From the NCBI GenBank assembly GCA_041694815.1, contig JBGFSC010000025.1:1-64000 (forward strand): DNA of 64,000 nucleotides. Direction: 5' to 3'. The position numbers and the translations under genes are program-made. The DNA comes from Elusimicrobiota bacterium. GTDB lineage: Bacteria > Elusimicrobiota > Elusimicrobia > UBA1565 > JACRDR01. The notes below the pieces were generated by a model. That model did not search any database. It saw only the letters and a list, made by a program, of their open reading frames with translations, and was not told the DNA's origin. The stretch's first letter is position 1; each line of letters begins with the position of its first letter. This document shows, in pieces, positions 1 through 8,828 of this stretch.

Positions 1-250
1 CGGTAGATTGCTTCCTCGCAGAAACATTCTACCAATGACGAAGGGCGCCTACGCTATTTTAACCGGACAGGAGTGAAACAAAATTATCTTTGAACTATTG
101 TTATTTTTCGGCACACCAGTCACGGACTTTTCTGTGGATAACTCAGCAAGATTTAATGGTTACCCAAAGAACCGAGGCGACAACCAGCAGAAACTAACTC
201 GCATAGGGGAGCCATTCCCGGTAATCTGGCTAAACTCTCCTAAAGTCTCG

Positions 251-853
251 TTATTTCAGTGAAATGCACTGCTGGCAGGTTTCATCGCCCGCCCGTCCTA
301 AAAAGCGGCCTTGGGCATTGTATCTCAATACAATAGCGCCTACGTCGGCTCTGGAACACTTAAAAACCGTTCCTAAGGCGTTGAAATGCGATACCGTTCT
401 CTCCGGACCATGGGGGTTCCGGCATTCGACTCCACGGCTGCCGGTCTCGTTAGTATCAATAAGGTCCGAACACCTGGCACAGCTATCCGCATGGCCGATC
501 ACATTCCCGAACGTGTCGAGCTTTTGAACCAGGCTGCCCGCGTCGGATCCCTTGCATCTATAGGAAATATTATAGGCGTGGATATACACAACTCCTGCCG
601 CGTCCTGCGCGCTGCTGCGCCAACATTCCGCGCCCAGGGTTTTTTGAACCCCCGCCGGTTTAACGACGGTCGCTACGGACTTGCCGTTGTTGTCCCGCAA
701 CTGAGTTGGTCCGACAGCCGGGACGAACGCCGGCATAGTTGAATCGGCCCATTCCCTGAGTGCTCGCATCGCGTCGTCGTTGCCAAACGCCAGAACGGGC
801 AAGATAAGCAGAATAGGCGACAGACAAGGCAGAAACGTCACTCTATTTTTCAT
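251..853 (-). CDS. Secreted hypothetical protein with two ~60-aa four-Cys repeats
   Basis: N-terminal signal-like segment (LILLPVLAFG); internal duplication GAECW...CARC / GVECR...CQQC; start overlaps the end of the upstream ORF. Confidence 0.7.
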   Translation of the reverse strand: MKNRVTFLPCLSPILLILPVLAFGNDDAMRALREWADSTMPAFVPAVGPTQLRDNNGKSVATVVKPAGVQKTLGAECWRSSAQDAAGVVYIHAYNISYRCKGSDAGSLVQKLDTFGNVIGHADSCARCSDLIDTNETGSRGVECRNPHGPERTVSHFNALGTVFKCSRADVGAIVLRYNAQGRFLGRAGDETCQQCISLK

Positions 854-1358
854 CGTTTTTGAGCTCTACCTTGCCGTCCTCGCCGAAGACGACCGAATAA
901 CCGTATCCGAATCGCGGCGTCAAGAAACCCGAAATCAGCCGTCCGGTTTTTACGTCCCAGACATTGCAAGCGGTCGGGCTCACCGCCGCGAGCCTCAAGC
1001 CGTCCGGGCTGAACGCGGCATAATAAAAGGCGGAGCCCTGATAATACAGCTTCGGGTCCCTGGGCAAACGCATCCGGCAAAGCCCCGAATGGGCGTCCCA
1101 CAGCGACGCGCCGTCGTCGCCCAGGGTGACAACGGTCGAGGCGTCGGGGCTCAAACCGGCGAACAGCAGCCCCGAGTGCTCCAGAACGTGGATCTGGCGG
1201 GTCTTCTCGTCCCATACATGCGCGCGATTCGGCTCCAACCGTATGGTCTGGCGGGGCCTAGGCGAGTAGCGGATCTCGATTCCAGAGATCTGGAAATCGG
1301 GCAGGCTTTCCGCTTTAGCCAGGGTTATCAACAGCGCCCCAAACATGGCGAGGTTCAT
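843..1358 (-). CDS. Small secreted WD40-like repeat protein
   Basis: Signal-like N-terminus; WD-type segments LSPDASTVVT..SLWD and FSPDGLRLA..NVWD; TATCCT box 7 nt before the ATG. Confidence 0.7.
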   Translation of the reverse strand: MNLAMFGALLITLAKAESLPDFQISGIEIRYSPRPRQTIRLEPNRAHVWDEKTRQIHVLEHSGLLFAGLSPDASTVVTLGDDGASLWDAHSGLCRMRLPRDPKLYYQGSAFYYAAFSPDGLRLAAVSPTACNVWDVKTGRLISGFLTPRFGYGYSVVFGEDGKVELKNDEK

Positions 1359-1562
1359 ATTTAATAGGATACCGCTGTTCCTAAGCCGTCGCCAATAAAG
1401 AAAAAAACAAAAAATTAGGCCCTATTTTTATGCCGATTTTTCTCCCCGGCCCGGCGCCTGATTCCGTCTTGAATCGGCCGCAGCCGCTCAAGCGCTAGCC
1501 TGCATCGGGTACCACTTCCCGCCGACCCATTGCCGCTGGGCTAAAATTCACGACTTTAGGGA

Positions 1563-2378
1563 TCAACGGCGCGTCCTTACGAGTCGGAAGCCGACATAGT
1601 TCAGGCGATAGCCGGGGTCAAAGCCCATTCGAAAAGCGGAACGCAGTTCCCAAAAATCGGAATCCCGGGAGCCGCCGCGGACGGCGCGAGTTGTCCCTGC
1701 CGTAGGACCCTTAGGGTCGATCGTTGAACCGACAGGGTAGTCGCCGAAATAATCCCATACCCATTCCCAAACATTGCCATACATATCATATAGACCGAAG
1801 GGATTAGGCCTCTTGGTCGCTACCGCATGATTGCGCCCAAACGAGTTCTCGTTACACCATGCATGATGATACAACGCGTCCTTGTACCCGAATGAATATG
1901 GAAACCGAGATGGCACGCCGCCTCGCGCGGCGTACTCCCATTCTGCCTCCGTAGGAAGCCGATAGACATACCGTTCCTGAATCTCGTTTAAGCGCCGCAC
2001 AAAGTTTTGGGTATCTTCCCACGATACTCGATCCACCGGATGGTTCGGGCATAGGCGGTACCCAGGTTTCCACTCATATCCATCGTCACAAAAGGGATTA
2101 AATACCGACGGATTTTCCCTCATAATCAAAAAATACTGGAGCTGGGTCACTTCGGTGGCTTGGATTTCGAAACCTTTCGTCAGGCGAACGATATGCGCCG
2201 CCTCGTTTTCGAGGCGACCAGCCTCGCTCGATGGACTGCCCATCTGAAAGACTCCTGGCCCTATCGTTACGAATGTGGCTGATATCCCGATGGATGGATC
2301 GAACGGATCGGTGATTGCGGGAGATACATCGGGGGAGAATAGAAGCAGGAGCGCGAAGACAAACAGCGATTTATTCAT
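1563..2378 (-). CDS. Exported FGE-sulfatase (SUMF1-fold) domain protein, paralogue 3
   Basis: Motifs FQMGS, RLPTEAEWEYAARGG, NPFGLYDMYGNVWEW, RGGS, GFRLVR; signal peptide. Confidence 0.92.
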   Translation of the reverse strand: MNKSLFVFALLLLFSPDVSPAITDPFDPSIGISATFVTIGPGVFQMGSPSSEAGRLENEAAHIVRLTKGFEIQATEVTQLQYFLIMRENPSVFNPFCDDGYEWKPGYRLCPNHPVDRVSWEDTQNFVRRLNEIQERYVYRLPTEAEWEYAARGGVPSRFPYSFGYKDALYHHAWCNENSFGRNHAVATKRPNPFGLYDMYGNVWEWVWDYFGDYPVGSTIDPKGPTAGTTRAVRGGSRDSDFWELRSAFRMGFDPGYRLNYVGFRLVRTRR

Positions 2379-3250
2379 CGGTTTAATGCCGACCGCAATT
2401 CCTCGCTGATTTGCGTGATACCCTCGGGATTAGCGAGCGGGCCATGGGCCCGCCACGCATGCTCGGGCTGCAGGGCCTGCTCGATGACGGCTGGATCGCC
2501 TCCATTCTCCAGATACCCCCCTAGAAAAGTCCGGGCGACCTCCCTCCATTGCCGTTGGAGGCCTCCCAGATTCCCGAATTTCTGGAATAAGGTCATGCCG
2601 TAAAGAAACTGGGCGATGTCCCAACCGAGCGGTCCATCCACGACGGCATGATCGAGATCGATGAATACCGGCTCGCCGTCCGCCCACAATACATTGTTAG
2701 GGGCGAAATCCCCGATGCAGATGCGCCGGCGATGCACCTGGGCCAAGGCCGCGCCCAAGCGACGCAGCTTGGCCTGGGCGTTTTCATCGCCGTCCAACGC
2801 CTGTTCCACGGTACGATCCATGTTCTCGCCCTGGATAAAGCGCGTGACCAACACCGCCTGCTCGAGAAACGCCGCCACGACGGGAGGCGAGCTTAGTCCC
2901 GATTCCTGGAAAACCCGCTGCATTTTAAGGGCGTGCTCAAAGCGCCCATGGACGTCCGTCGGAACCGCGAGGAAGCCCGCGCCGATGTCTTGGATGAAGG
3001 TCTTGACGGCGTGCGCGGCATCCACCGCCGAAAATCTCTTGACGACGACCGACACCGCCTCCTTGTCCGTCTTGAAAGTCCATCGCTCGGTCGGATTCCA
3101 GCCCTCGCCCAGATGGCCGATCTCCAGCGCATACGGTCCGCGAAGACCGAGGGCTTTCGCGATATCAGCTTCCAGAGTCTGCGACGCCAGCGCTCCAACG
3201 ACGCAAAGACTGATCAGGGCCCCGGTGCGGGCTAACGCCTTAAGGCTCAT
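2375..3250 (-). CDS. Protein-kinase-like fold phosphotransferase (APH/Kdo/Bud32-like) with a signal-like N-terminus
   Basis: VVVK, H..ICIGDFAPNNVL and FIDLD motifs; ATG at 3250 overlaps the upstream stop (ATGA). Confidence 0.75.
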   Translation of the reverse strand: MSLKALARTGALISLCVVGALASQTLEADIAKALGLRGPYALEIGHLGEGWNPTERWTFKTDKEAVSVVVKRFSAVDAAHAVKTFIQDIGAGFLAVPTDVHGRFEHALKMQRVFQESGLSSPPVVAAFLEQAVLVTRFIQGENMDRTVEQALDGDENAQAKLRRLGAALAQVHRRRICIGDFAPNNVLWADGEPVFIDLDHAVVDGPLGWDIAQFLYGMTLFQKFGNLGGLQRQWREVARTFLGGYLENGGDPAVIEQALQPEHAWRAHGPLANPEGITQISEELRSALNR

Positions 3251-4050
3251 CGGCGCGACCTCACCAGGCGGAAACCCACGGCGTTGCTCCTGTCCAGGGG
3301 ATCGTGGTGTTCGCGGCAAGAGCTCAGCCATGGCGCATAGGTGAACCGGGAGCCGCCCCGGACGACGCGACGCGATCCCTCCCCCGGCCCCTGGGGATCC
3401 GTCACCGGATCGCTGGCGAAGTCGCCATGATAATCCGCCACCCACTCCGCCACGTTCCCATGCATGTCGTAAAATCCCTGCCGGTTGGCCTTCTTGGTCG
3501 CGACGGCATGGGTGCGCCCATTGGAATTAGGCCTGTACCACGCATGCCTCTCGAGGTCCGTCTCGTCACCGTACGGGTGAGAGAAGCGAGAGGGAATTCC
3601 ATCCCGCGCCACGTATTCCCATTCCGCCTCCGTTGGCAGTCGATAGACGTGGCGCTCCTGCATCGCGTTAAGCCGCGCGATAAATTCCTGGATATCCATC
3701 CAAGTGACGCTCTCCACCGGATGGCTAAGACAAAGGGCCTGGCCTCCCTGTTTCCACGCATTGCCCGCGTCGCAATCCTCTCTTATCTGCGAGGGATTCT
3801 CTCGCATGACCATGAAATACTGCCTCTGAGTCAGCTCGGTGGCCTGCATCTCGAACCCCCGCGTCAAGCGGACCAGATGAGGCGTCCCGCCGCCCGATGG
3901 GCTGCCCATTTCAAAAATCCCGGGCTCTACCGCGATGAATTTCGCCGCGATACCGATCGATAGGTCGAAAGGATCGGTGACTGCTGATTCGGTCCGCCCG
4001 CTGAGCGGACCGGACAGCAGTAAGGCCAGAAAGAAATGAAAGCGGATCAT
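3247..4050 (-). CDS. Exported FGE-sulfatase domain protein, paralogue 2
   Basis: RLPTEAEWEY, GFYDMHGNVAEW, RGGS, GFRLVR; signal peptide; ATGA coupling. Confidence 0.92.
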   Translation of the reverse strand: MIRFHFFLALLLSGPLSGRTESAVTDPFDLSIGIAAKFIAVEPGIFEMGSPSGGGTPHLVRLTRGFEMQATELTQRQYFMVMRENPSQIREDCDAGNAWKQGGQALCLSHPVESVTWMDIQEFIARLNAMQERHVYRLPTEAEWEYVARDGIPSRFSHPYGDETDLERHAWYRPNSNGRTHAVATKKANRQGFYDMHGNVAEWVADYHGDFASDPVTDPQGPGEGSRRVVRGGSRFTYAPWLSSCREHHDPLDRSNAVGFRLVRSRR

Positions 4051-4871
4051 CGGCGCTCCCTCACGAGCCGAAATCCCAAATCATTACGACGTTCATCGGG
4101 CCTGCGGCTCAAGCGGATGGCATGGCGCATGCTTCCGGGAAACATGCTCCAGGCACCGCCACGACAAACACGGCTTGAGCCGGTCTGAGGCCCTTGGGGA
4201 TCGACGACAGACCGGTCGGGAAATTTTCCCCAATAATCTTGAACCCACTCCCATACATTCCCATGCATGTCGTAGAGGCCTAGGGGGTTCGGCTTCTTGC
4301 TCGCGACGGCGTGAGTACGGGATTGGGAATTCTTATAATGCCAGGCATGCGTATCGACTTCATCTTCGGATCCGAAAGAGTACTGAGATCGAGACGGCAC
4401 GCCCGCTCGCGCCGCGTACTCCCATTCCGCCTCGGTGGGAAGGCGGTACACGTATTTGTCCTGCATCTGATTTAAGCGCCGGATGAACTCCTGGACATCA
4501 TCCCACGAGACCCGCTCGACCGGATGGTTCAGGCAAAGGGCGCGGCCCCGCCGTTTCCACGCATTTGCCTTGTCGCAGAATTGCTCTCGTCCAAAAAATG
4601 AAGGGTTTTCTCCCATCACCGATAAATATTGGCGCTGGGTCAGCTCCGTGGCCTGCATCTCGAAGGCTCGAGTCAATCGGACGAGATGCGGGGTATCCTT
4701 ATCGCTGCTTCCGTCGATGATCGAGGGGGTTCCCATTTGGAAAATTCCGAGCTCGATCGGAACAAATTGCGTGGCAATACCGATCTTTGGATCAAAAGGA
4801 TCGGTATCGGTGGCCGCAGCGAATCCGGAAACAAGACGGAACAATACGAACGAGAATAAGACGCTTCTCAT
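4047..4871 (-). CDS. Exported FGE-sulfatase domain protein, paralogue 1
   Basis: RLPTEAEWEYAAR, NPLGLYDMHGNVWEW, GFRLVR; start moved to the ATG at 4871 (MRSVLFSF), which begins the signal peptide. Confidence 0.9.
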   Translation of the reverse strand: MRSVLFSFVLFRLVSGFAAATDTDPFDPKIGIATQFVPIELGIFQMGTPSIIDGSSDKDTPHLVRLTRAFEMQATELTQRQYLSVMGENPSFFGREQFCDKANAWKRRGRALCLNHPVERVSWDDVQEFIRRLNQMQDKYVYRLPTEAEWEYAARAGVPSRSQYSFGSEDEVDTHAWHYKNSQSRTHAVASKKPNPLGLYDMHGNVWEWVQDYWGKFPDRSVVDPQGPQTGSSRVCRGGAWSMFPGSMRHAIRLSRRPDERRNDLGFRLVRERR

Positions 4872-5003
4872 CACGATTATTCTAGCGGGCAAGAATCGTT
4901 TCCACCTGGGCCTATGAGGTAAGCGATGGCGTAGGCCCAAAGGCCGGAACGCCTGGGTCCAAAGTCCCTCCACTAAACCTAACGGGCGCTATAAAATCAT
5001 GCC

Positions 5004-5510
5004 ATGGGCGGTCTTTTCCTCATGCTTGGGACGTTACTCTGCGCCCGTGCCGAGCAGAGCTCGACCGGTTCAGCGCAATGGAGCAAAGGCGAAGAGGTGA
5101 TCGCGTTTTTTCAAAACCGCGGATATCCGGCCAAGATGATTGATTCCCTCGCTGAGGGATACGTATCCGTGCAATTGATCGGCTTTTCGGAAACCGAGAA
5201 AATTTCCGATTCCTCCGTTGCGCGCCGGCGCGGTTGTCTGGGCGAAATATGCGTGCACGACCGAGTCGTCGTCACCGCCTTCGGCCAAAAGGCAGAAGGA
5301 AGGGTCGTTGGGATACTAACGGACTCGGTGGCGGTGGGTTTTCCCGGCCAAATCGAGGCCGAACGCCGGCGGCCGGCGGAGTTGGCTTGGCCGGAGGGTT
5401 ATACGCCGATCAAGGAATTCGAACGCCGGCTCCGCCACAAAGCGTCGCCCACGGATTCTTCGCCGTTCAAAGATCTTCAAACCGCCGAAGAGCGGTTTAA
5501 GTTAAAATAA
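5004..5510 (+). CDS. Secreted hypothetical protein (possibly two small beta domains), C-terminal AEERFK
   Basis: Signal peptide ending CARA; TAAAAT box 6 nt before the ATG. Confidence 0.7.
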   Translation: MGGLFLMLGTLLCARAEQSSTGSAQWSKGEEVIAFFQNRGYPAKMIDSLAEGYVSVQLIGFSETEKISDSSVARRRGCLGEICVHDRVVVTAFGQKAEGRVVGILTDSVAVGFPGQIEAERRRPAELAWPEGYTPIKEFERRLRHKASPTDSSPFKDLQTAEERFKLK

Positions 5511-5514
5511 ATTT

Positions 5515-5664
5515 ATGCCTCCCCGGCGGAAACTACAAGACCCAAAGAATCGACTCAGCGAATTCTTCGCTCGCTCGCCCCTACGCGGTCTGAACCTGGA
5601 TCCGGCTCGAAACCGCGATCCGGAACGCTGGACCATCGCAGCGCAGGATCCCTGGGAATCTTAG
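5515..5664 (+). pseudogene. 49-codon ORF, probable toxin-antitoxin relic (Phd-type antitoxin C-terminus joined to a PIN-toxin-like tail)
   Basis: Translated by hand: MPPRRKLQDPKNRLSEFFARSPLRGLNLDPARNRDPERWTIAAQDPWES; not in the ORF track. Confidence 0.4.
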
Positions 5665-5668
5665 GCCC

Positions 5669-6742
5669 CTAGATCTCCGTCCGGCGGTAGAGCCAGAAGG
5701 CGGCGGCGCCGAACAATAGATGCGGGGCCCAGGCAGCCACCCAAGGCGCCGCGCGCCCGGCGTTGCCTAAGGCCTTGCCCATCTCCATCGTCCAAAGGTA
5801 GAAAAAGCTCACGGCCAGGGCCACGGCGATGCTTCCCGCCTTCGGAGCGCGGCGCAGCCGTAGGGCGATGGGAATGCCGAGAAGGCAGACGATGAAATTG
5901 GCAAAGGGATAGGAGAGCTTCGACTGCAGCGCCGTGGCCGCCTCGCGCGGCGAGGTGCCCAAGTAGCGCACCTGGCGCAGGTAACGAACGGTTTCCCACA
6001 GGCTCATCTCGTCGGGGCTCTTGCGCCTGGGGACCAGCTGCAGTGGCGGCGCGTCGAGCTCCGACACCCGACGCTCGTATTTCGTTTCCGTGGGGCCCGC
6101 TGGCCCAAACACCCGCTCGACCCCGTTTAAAAATATCCAGCGCTTGATCGCCGGGTCCCAAACCGCCGCGTGCGCGTCGAGCTGCCGGGATAAGACCCCA
6201 CCGACGTAGTAGTCCATCACTGGGCGCTCCATGCGCCCCTCCTTCGGCAGGAAGACCCGCACCGTGATGAACTCCCCGCGCGAGCTCGTCAGCGTCACGT
6301 TGTTGAACAGGTGCCACTCCCATTCGGGGTGGATGCGCTCATGCCACAGCAGTTGCGCGCGACTATAGCAGTAGGGCAGCACCGTTTCCTGGGCGATGAA
6401 GCTCGCCGCGGTCACGAGGGCCGCCATGTAGAGCACCGGGCGCAGGAAGGCGCGGGTCTCGAAGCCCGCCGCCTGCACCGCCGCCCATTCGCCGCTGGAG
6501 AGCAGGCTTGTGACGGCGAACAGGGTCGCCAGCAACGAGGCCATGGGGACCACCCGCACCGTCCAGTACGGAACGTCCAGCCACAGGAAGTTGAAGATGA
6601 CCCAGATGGGGGCGGGGCTGCGCACCAGCTTGGGCATCTTGTCGAAGAGGTCGCCAAGGAAAATGAGCAGCGCGAACATGCCCAGCCCGAAGAGGAAGGG
6701 CTTAAGAAAGCGCAGCGCCATGTAGCGGTGGAATATCTTCAT
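5669..6742 (-). CDS. lptG: LPS export ABC permease, LptG family
   Basis: MKIFHRYMA start, SSGEWAAVQAAG motif, six TM segments around a periplasmic domain; ATGA-coupled to lptF. Confidence 0.85.
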   Translation of the reverse strand: MKIFHRYMALRFLKPFLFGLGMFALLIFLGDLFDKMPKLVRSPAPIWVIFNFLWLDVPYWTVRVVPMASLLATLFAVTSLLSSGEWAAVQAAGFETRAFLRPVLYMAALVTAASFIAQETVLPYCYSRAQLLWHERIHPEWEWHLFNNVTLTSSRGEFITVRVFLPKEGRMERPVMDYYVGGVLSRQLDAHAAVWDPAIKRWIFLNGVERVFGPAGPTETKYERRVSELDAPPLQLVPRRKSPDEMSLWETVRYLRQVRYLGTSPREAATALQSKLSYPFANFIVCLLGIPIALRLRRAPKAGSIAVALAVSFFYLWTMEMGKALGNAGRAAPWVAAWAPHLLFGAAAFWLYRRTEI

Positions 6743-7827
6743 GTACGGAGCTTGCGCGTCCACAGCCAAAACCCGGCCGCCAGGCCCGCGAGGTTCGGCA
6801 GCCAGGGAGAAAATGGGGATAAGGCCAATTGCCTACGCCCGAGCCCGATGCCGACGGCGATGAGGCCGTAGTAGATGAAGAGCACGAGAAGGCTTAAGGC
6901 GAACCCCGTCGCCCGCGCCCTGCGCTCCAGGCGGAGCCCCAACGGGCAGCCCAGCCAGAAGAGCACGAAGGGGCTCAGCGCCCCCGCCGTGCGCAGGGCC
7001 GCCTCCGTCGTGTACTCCTTGCGGTGGTCGAGCTCGAGCGACGGGTCGGCCAGGCGCCGGCGCAGCCCCATCGTATTCATCTCCTGCAGGTCGAGCCGCC
7101 GCTCGGGGCCCGCCGGGGCGGCGAAGGGCAGGAACAGGCGGTAGCGCTCGAAGGAAGCGGAGACAAACTGCTCGGGCTTCTCGGCAGGCATCTGCAGCGA
7201 ACCCCGGTATAGCTCGAGCGTCATGCCCACGCCGGGTTTGAGCAACACCAAGCCCTCCGGCGCGTCTACCCGCAAACGCCGATTGGCTCCCGCCTGCTTG
7301 ACCAGGTATACCCCCTGGAGCTTTCCGGTTTTTTTCTCGACGCCCTGGGCGTAAAGCTCCCATTCCCCCAGGCGGACGAAGGTGCGCGCCTCCAGGTCCA
7401 TGGAAGATACCTGCCGCAGGGCGAGCTCGTAGGATTTCTTGAAGGAGTGATAGCCCTCGGGGCTCGCCTTATGGTTGATGTAGAGCAGCAGGCCGCAAAG
7501 GGCCAGCGCCAAGAAAAGATAGGGCCCGAGTATGTCACGGAACGAGAAGCCGGATGCCCGCAAGGCCATGATCTCCCCGTTCTCGGAAAGTTGGCCCAAT
7601 ACCAAAAGCAGCGCCACCAAAAAGGCCATCGGCACCGCCAGGCTGAGGAAGGATGGCAGCAAGCGGATGAAGCAGAGCCCGATCCAGGCGGGCGAGATGC
7701 CCTTGAGCACCGCCAGGTTGAAGAGGCGCAGAAAATGGTTCATCAGCAACACCGCGATGCACACGGCCAGACCGAGAAAAAAGGTCGGCAAATACAGCCG
7801 AAACAGATAGCGGTGGAGTATGCGCAT
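6739..7827 (-). CDS. lptF: LPS export ABC permease, LptF family
   Basis: MRILHRY start, LSENGEIMALRASG motif, tandem with an LptG-like paralogue. Confidence 0.85.
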   Translation of the reverse strand: MRILHRYLFRLYLPTFFLGLAVCIAVLLMNHFLRLFNLAVLKGISPAWIGLCFIRLLPSFLSLAVPMAFLVALLLVLGQLSENGEIMALRASGFSFRDILGPYLFLALALCGLLLYINHKASPEGYHSFKKSYELALRQVSSMDLEARTFVRLGEWELYAQGVEKKTGKLQGVYLVKQAGANRRLRVDAPEGLVLLKPGVGMTLELYRGSLQMPAEKPEQFVSASFERYRLFLPFAAPAGPERRLDLQEMNTMGLRRRLADPSLELDHRKEYTTEAALRTAGALSPFVLFWLGCPLGLRLERRARATGFALSLLVLFIYYGLIAVGIGLGRRQLALSPFSPWLPNLAGLAAGFWLWTRKLRT

Positions 7828-7877
7828 GGGACGGTATTATCCCAAATTGGGGACATGTAGTATAATAGGCGCTCTCC

Positions 7878-8588
7878 ATGACGCCTGCGATCCTTTGGGC
7901 CGTTCTCCTTGCCGCCGGTGCCCGGGCCGAGCCGTTGTTCACCGGCCTGCCGGAGACCCTTCCCGAACGATTCGTCGAAGAAGCGGGCTTCGTGGATTTC
8001 AAGACCATGCCGGGCGAGCCGCACGCGCCGCTGGGATTTTCCTTCGCCTTCAACGGAAAACCGCTGCCTCCCGGCGACCAGGCCTCGCTCAAACGAGTAT
8101 TTTCCGAGACCTTCCACGCTGCGATCCCCAGGGGCAGCCGCATCCTCGCTTCTCGAGACGAAAACGGGAAGCTCGGGTGGGACTATCCGGCTGGGGCGCA
8201 AGCGATCCATCTCATCCGCTGGAAGGACGCCCTAGAGACCATTTTCGAGCTGCGGCTAATTCAAAAGCTCATCGATGGACGCTGGGCCTTCGGGGTCTAT
8301 ACTCCCCAGACCGGCGCCCCGGGAACGTTGCGGCTGCGCAAGGCGGAGGCCGCCGAACGCGAGACGATCCCCGTGCAGTTGAAAGAGGGCGCCCGCATCG
8401 ACGTTTCTTTCCAAAGACTCGACATTTCCTCCTGCCGCCGCTGCCATTTCATGACCCATTCGGCCAGCCGCGCCTACCCGTCCGAATCCGCCGCCGGACC
8501 CTGCCAAGTCGTCGCCGACAATCCCGACTCCGCCGAATGGATCCGCCGCTACCTGCAGCGGCATGGCGAGTCCCCCGTAAGCGACTAA
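7878..8588 (+). CDS. Secreted protein with a single CxxCH motif (possible monoheme cytochrome c)
   Basis: Signal peptide (AGARA); SSCRRCHFM; TATAAT at 7861-7866. Confidence 0.65.
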   Translation: MTPAILWAVLLAAGARAEPLFTGLPETLPERFVEEAGFVDFKTMPGEPHAPLGFSFAFNGKPLPPGDQASLKRVFSETFHAAIPRGSRILASRDENGKLGWDYPAGAQAIHLIRWKDALETIFELRLIQKLIDGRWAFGVYTPQTGAPGTLRLRKAEAAERETIPVQLKEGARIDVSFQRLDISSCRRCHFMTHSASRAYPSESAAGPCQVVADNPDSAEWIRRYLQRHGESPVSD

Positions 8589-8611
8589 AAAACGGCAACC
8601 TTTACGCAAAG

Positions 8612-8661
8612 TGGTGCCAGGGATTGACTTTCGCCTAGGCGAAAGTCAATCCCTGGCACCA
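8612..8661. repeat. Perfect 50-bp palindrome, copy 1
   Basis: TGGTGCCAGGGATTGACTTTCGCCT|AGGCGAAAGTCAATCCCTGGCACCA; 25-bp arms, no spacer. Confidence 0.97.
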
Positions 8662-8674
8662 GAAAACGCGGGCA

Positions 8675-8703
8675 TTGACAGCGTTATAGGCCCCTGTTAC
8701 ACT
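8675..8703 (+). promoter_or_regulatory. Sigma70-type promoter of the sprA-like gene
   Basis: TTGACA(8675-8680)-N17-TACACT(8698-8703) with an extended TG. Confidence 0.75.
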
Positions 8704-8828
8704 CCCGAACGCTCGCGCACGCTCGTACGCACGTGCGCGAACGACGCAGGGACGTCCGTACGGTCGTTCCCTTACGCCGAGGTGTCTGACAGCGCCGCCG
8801 CGAGGCGGCTTCTTGCGAACGCAACCGC

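Noticed and set aside
133..141. Perfect DnaA box (TGTGGATAA) as an origin marker
   Set aside because: A single box at the window edge, with no cluster and no dnaA/dnaN; cannot support oriC without upstream sequence.
1563..4871. Complete diversity-generating retroelement
   Set aside because: No reverse transcriptase, accessory gene or near-identical template repeat in the window; the paralogues differ throughout.
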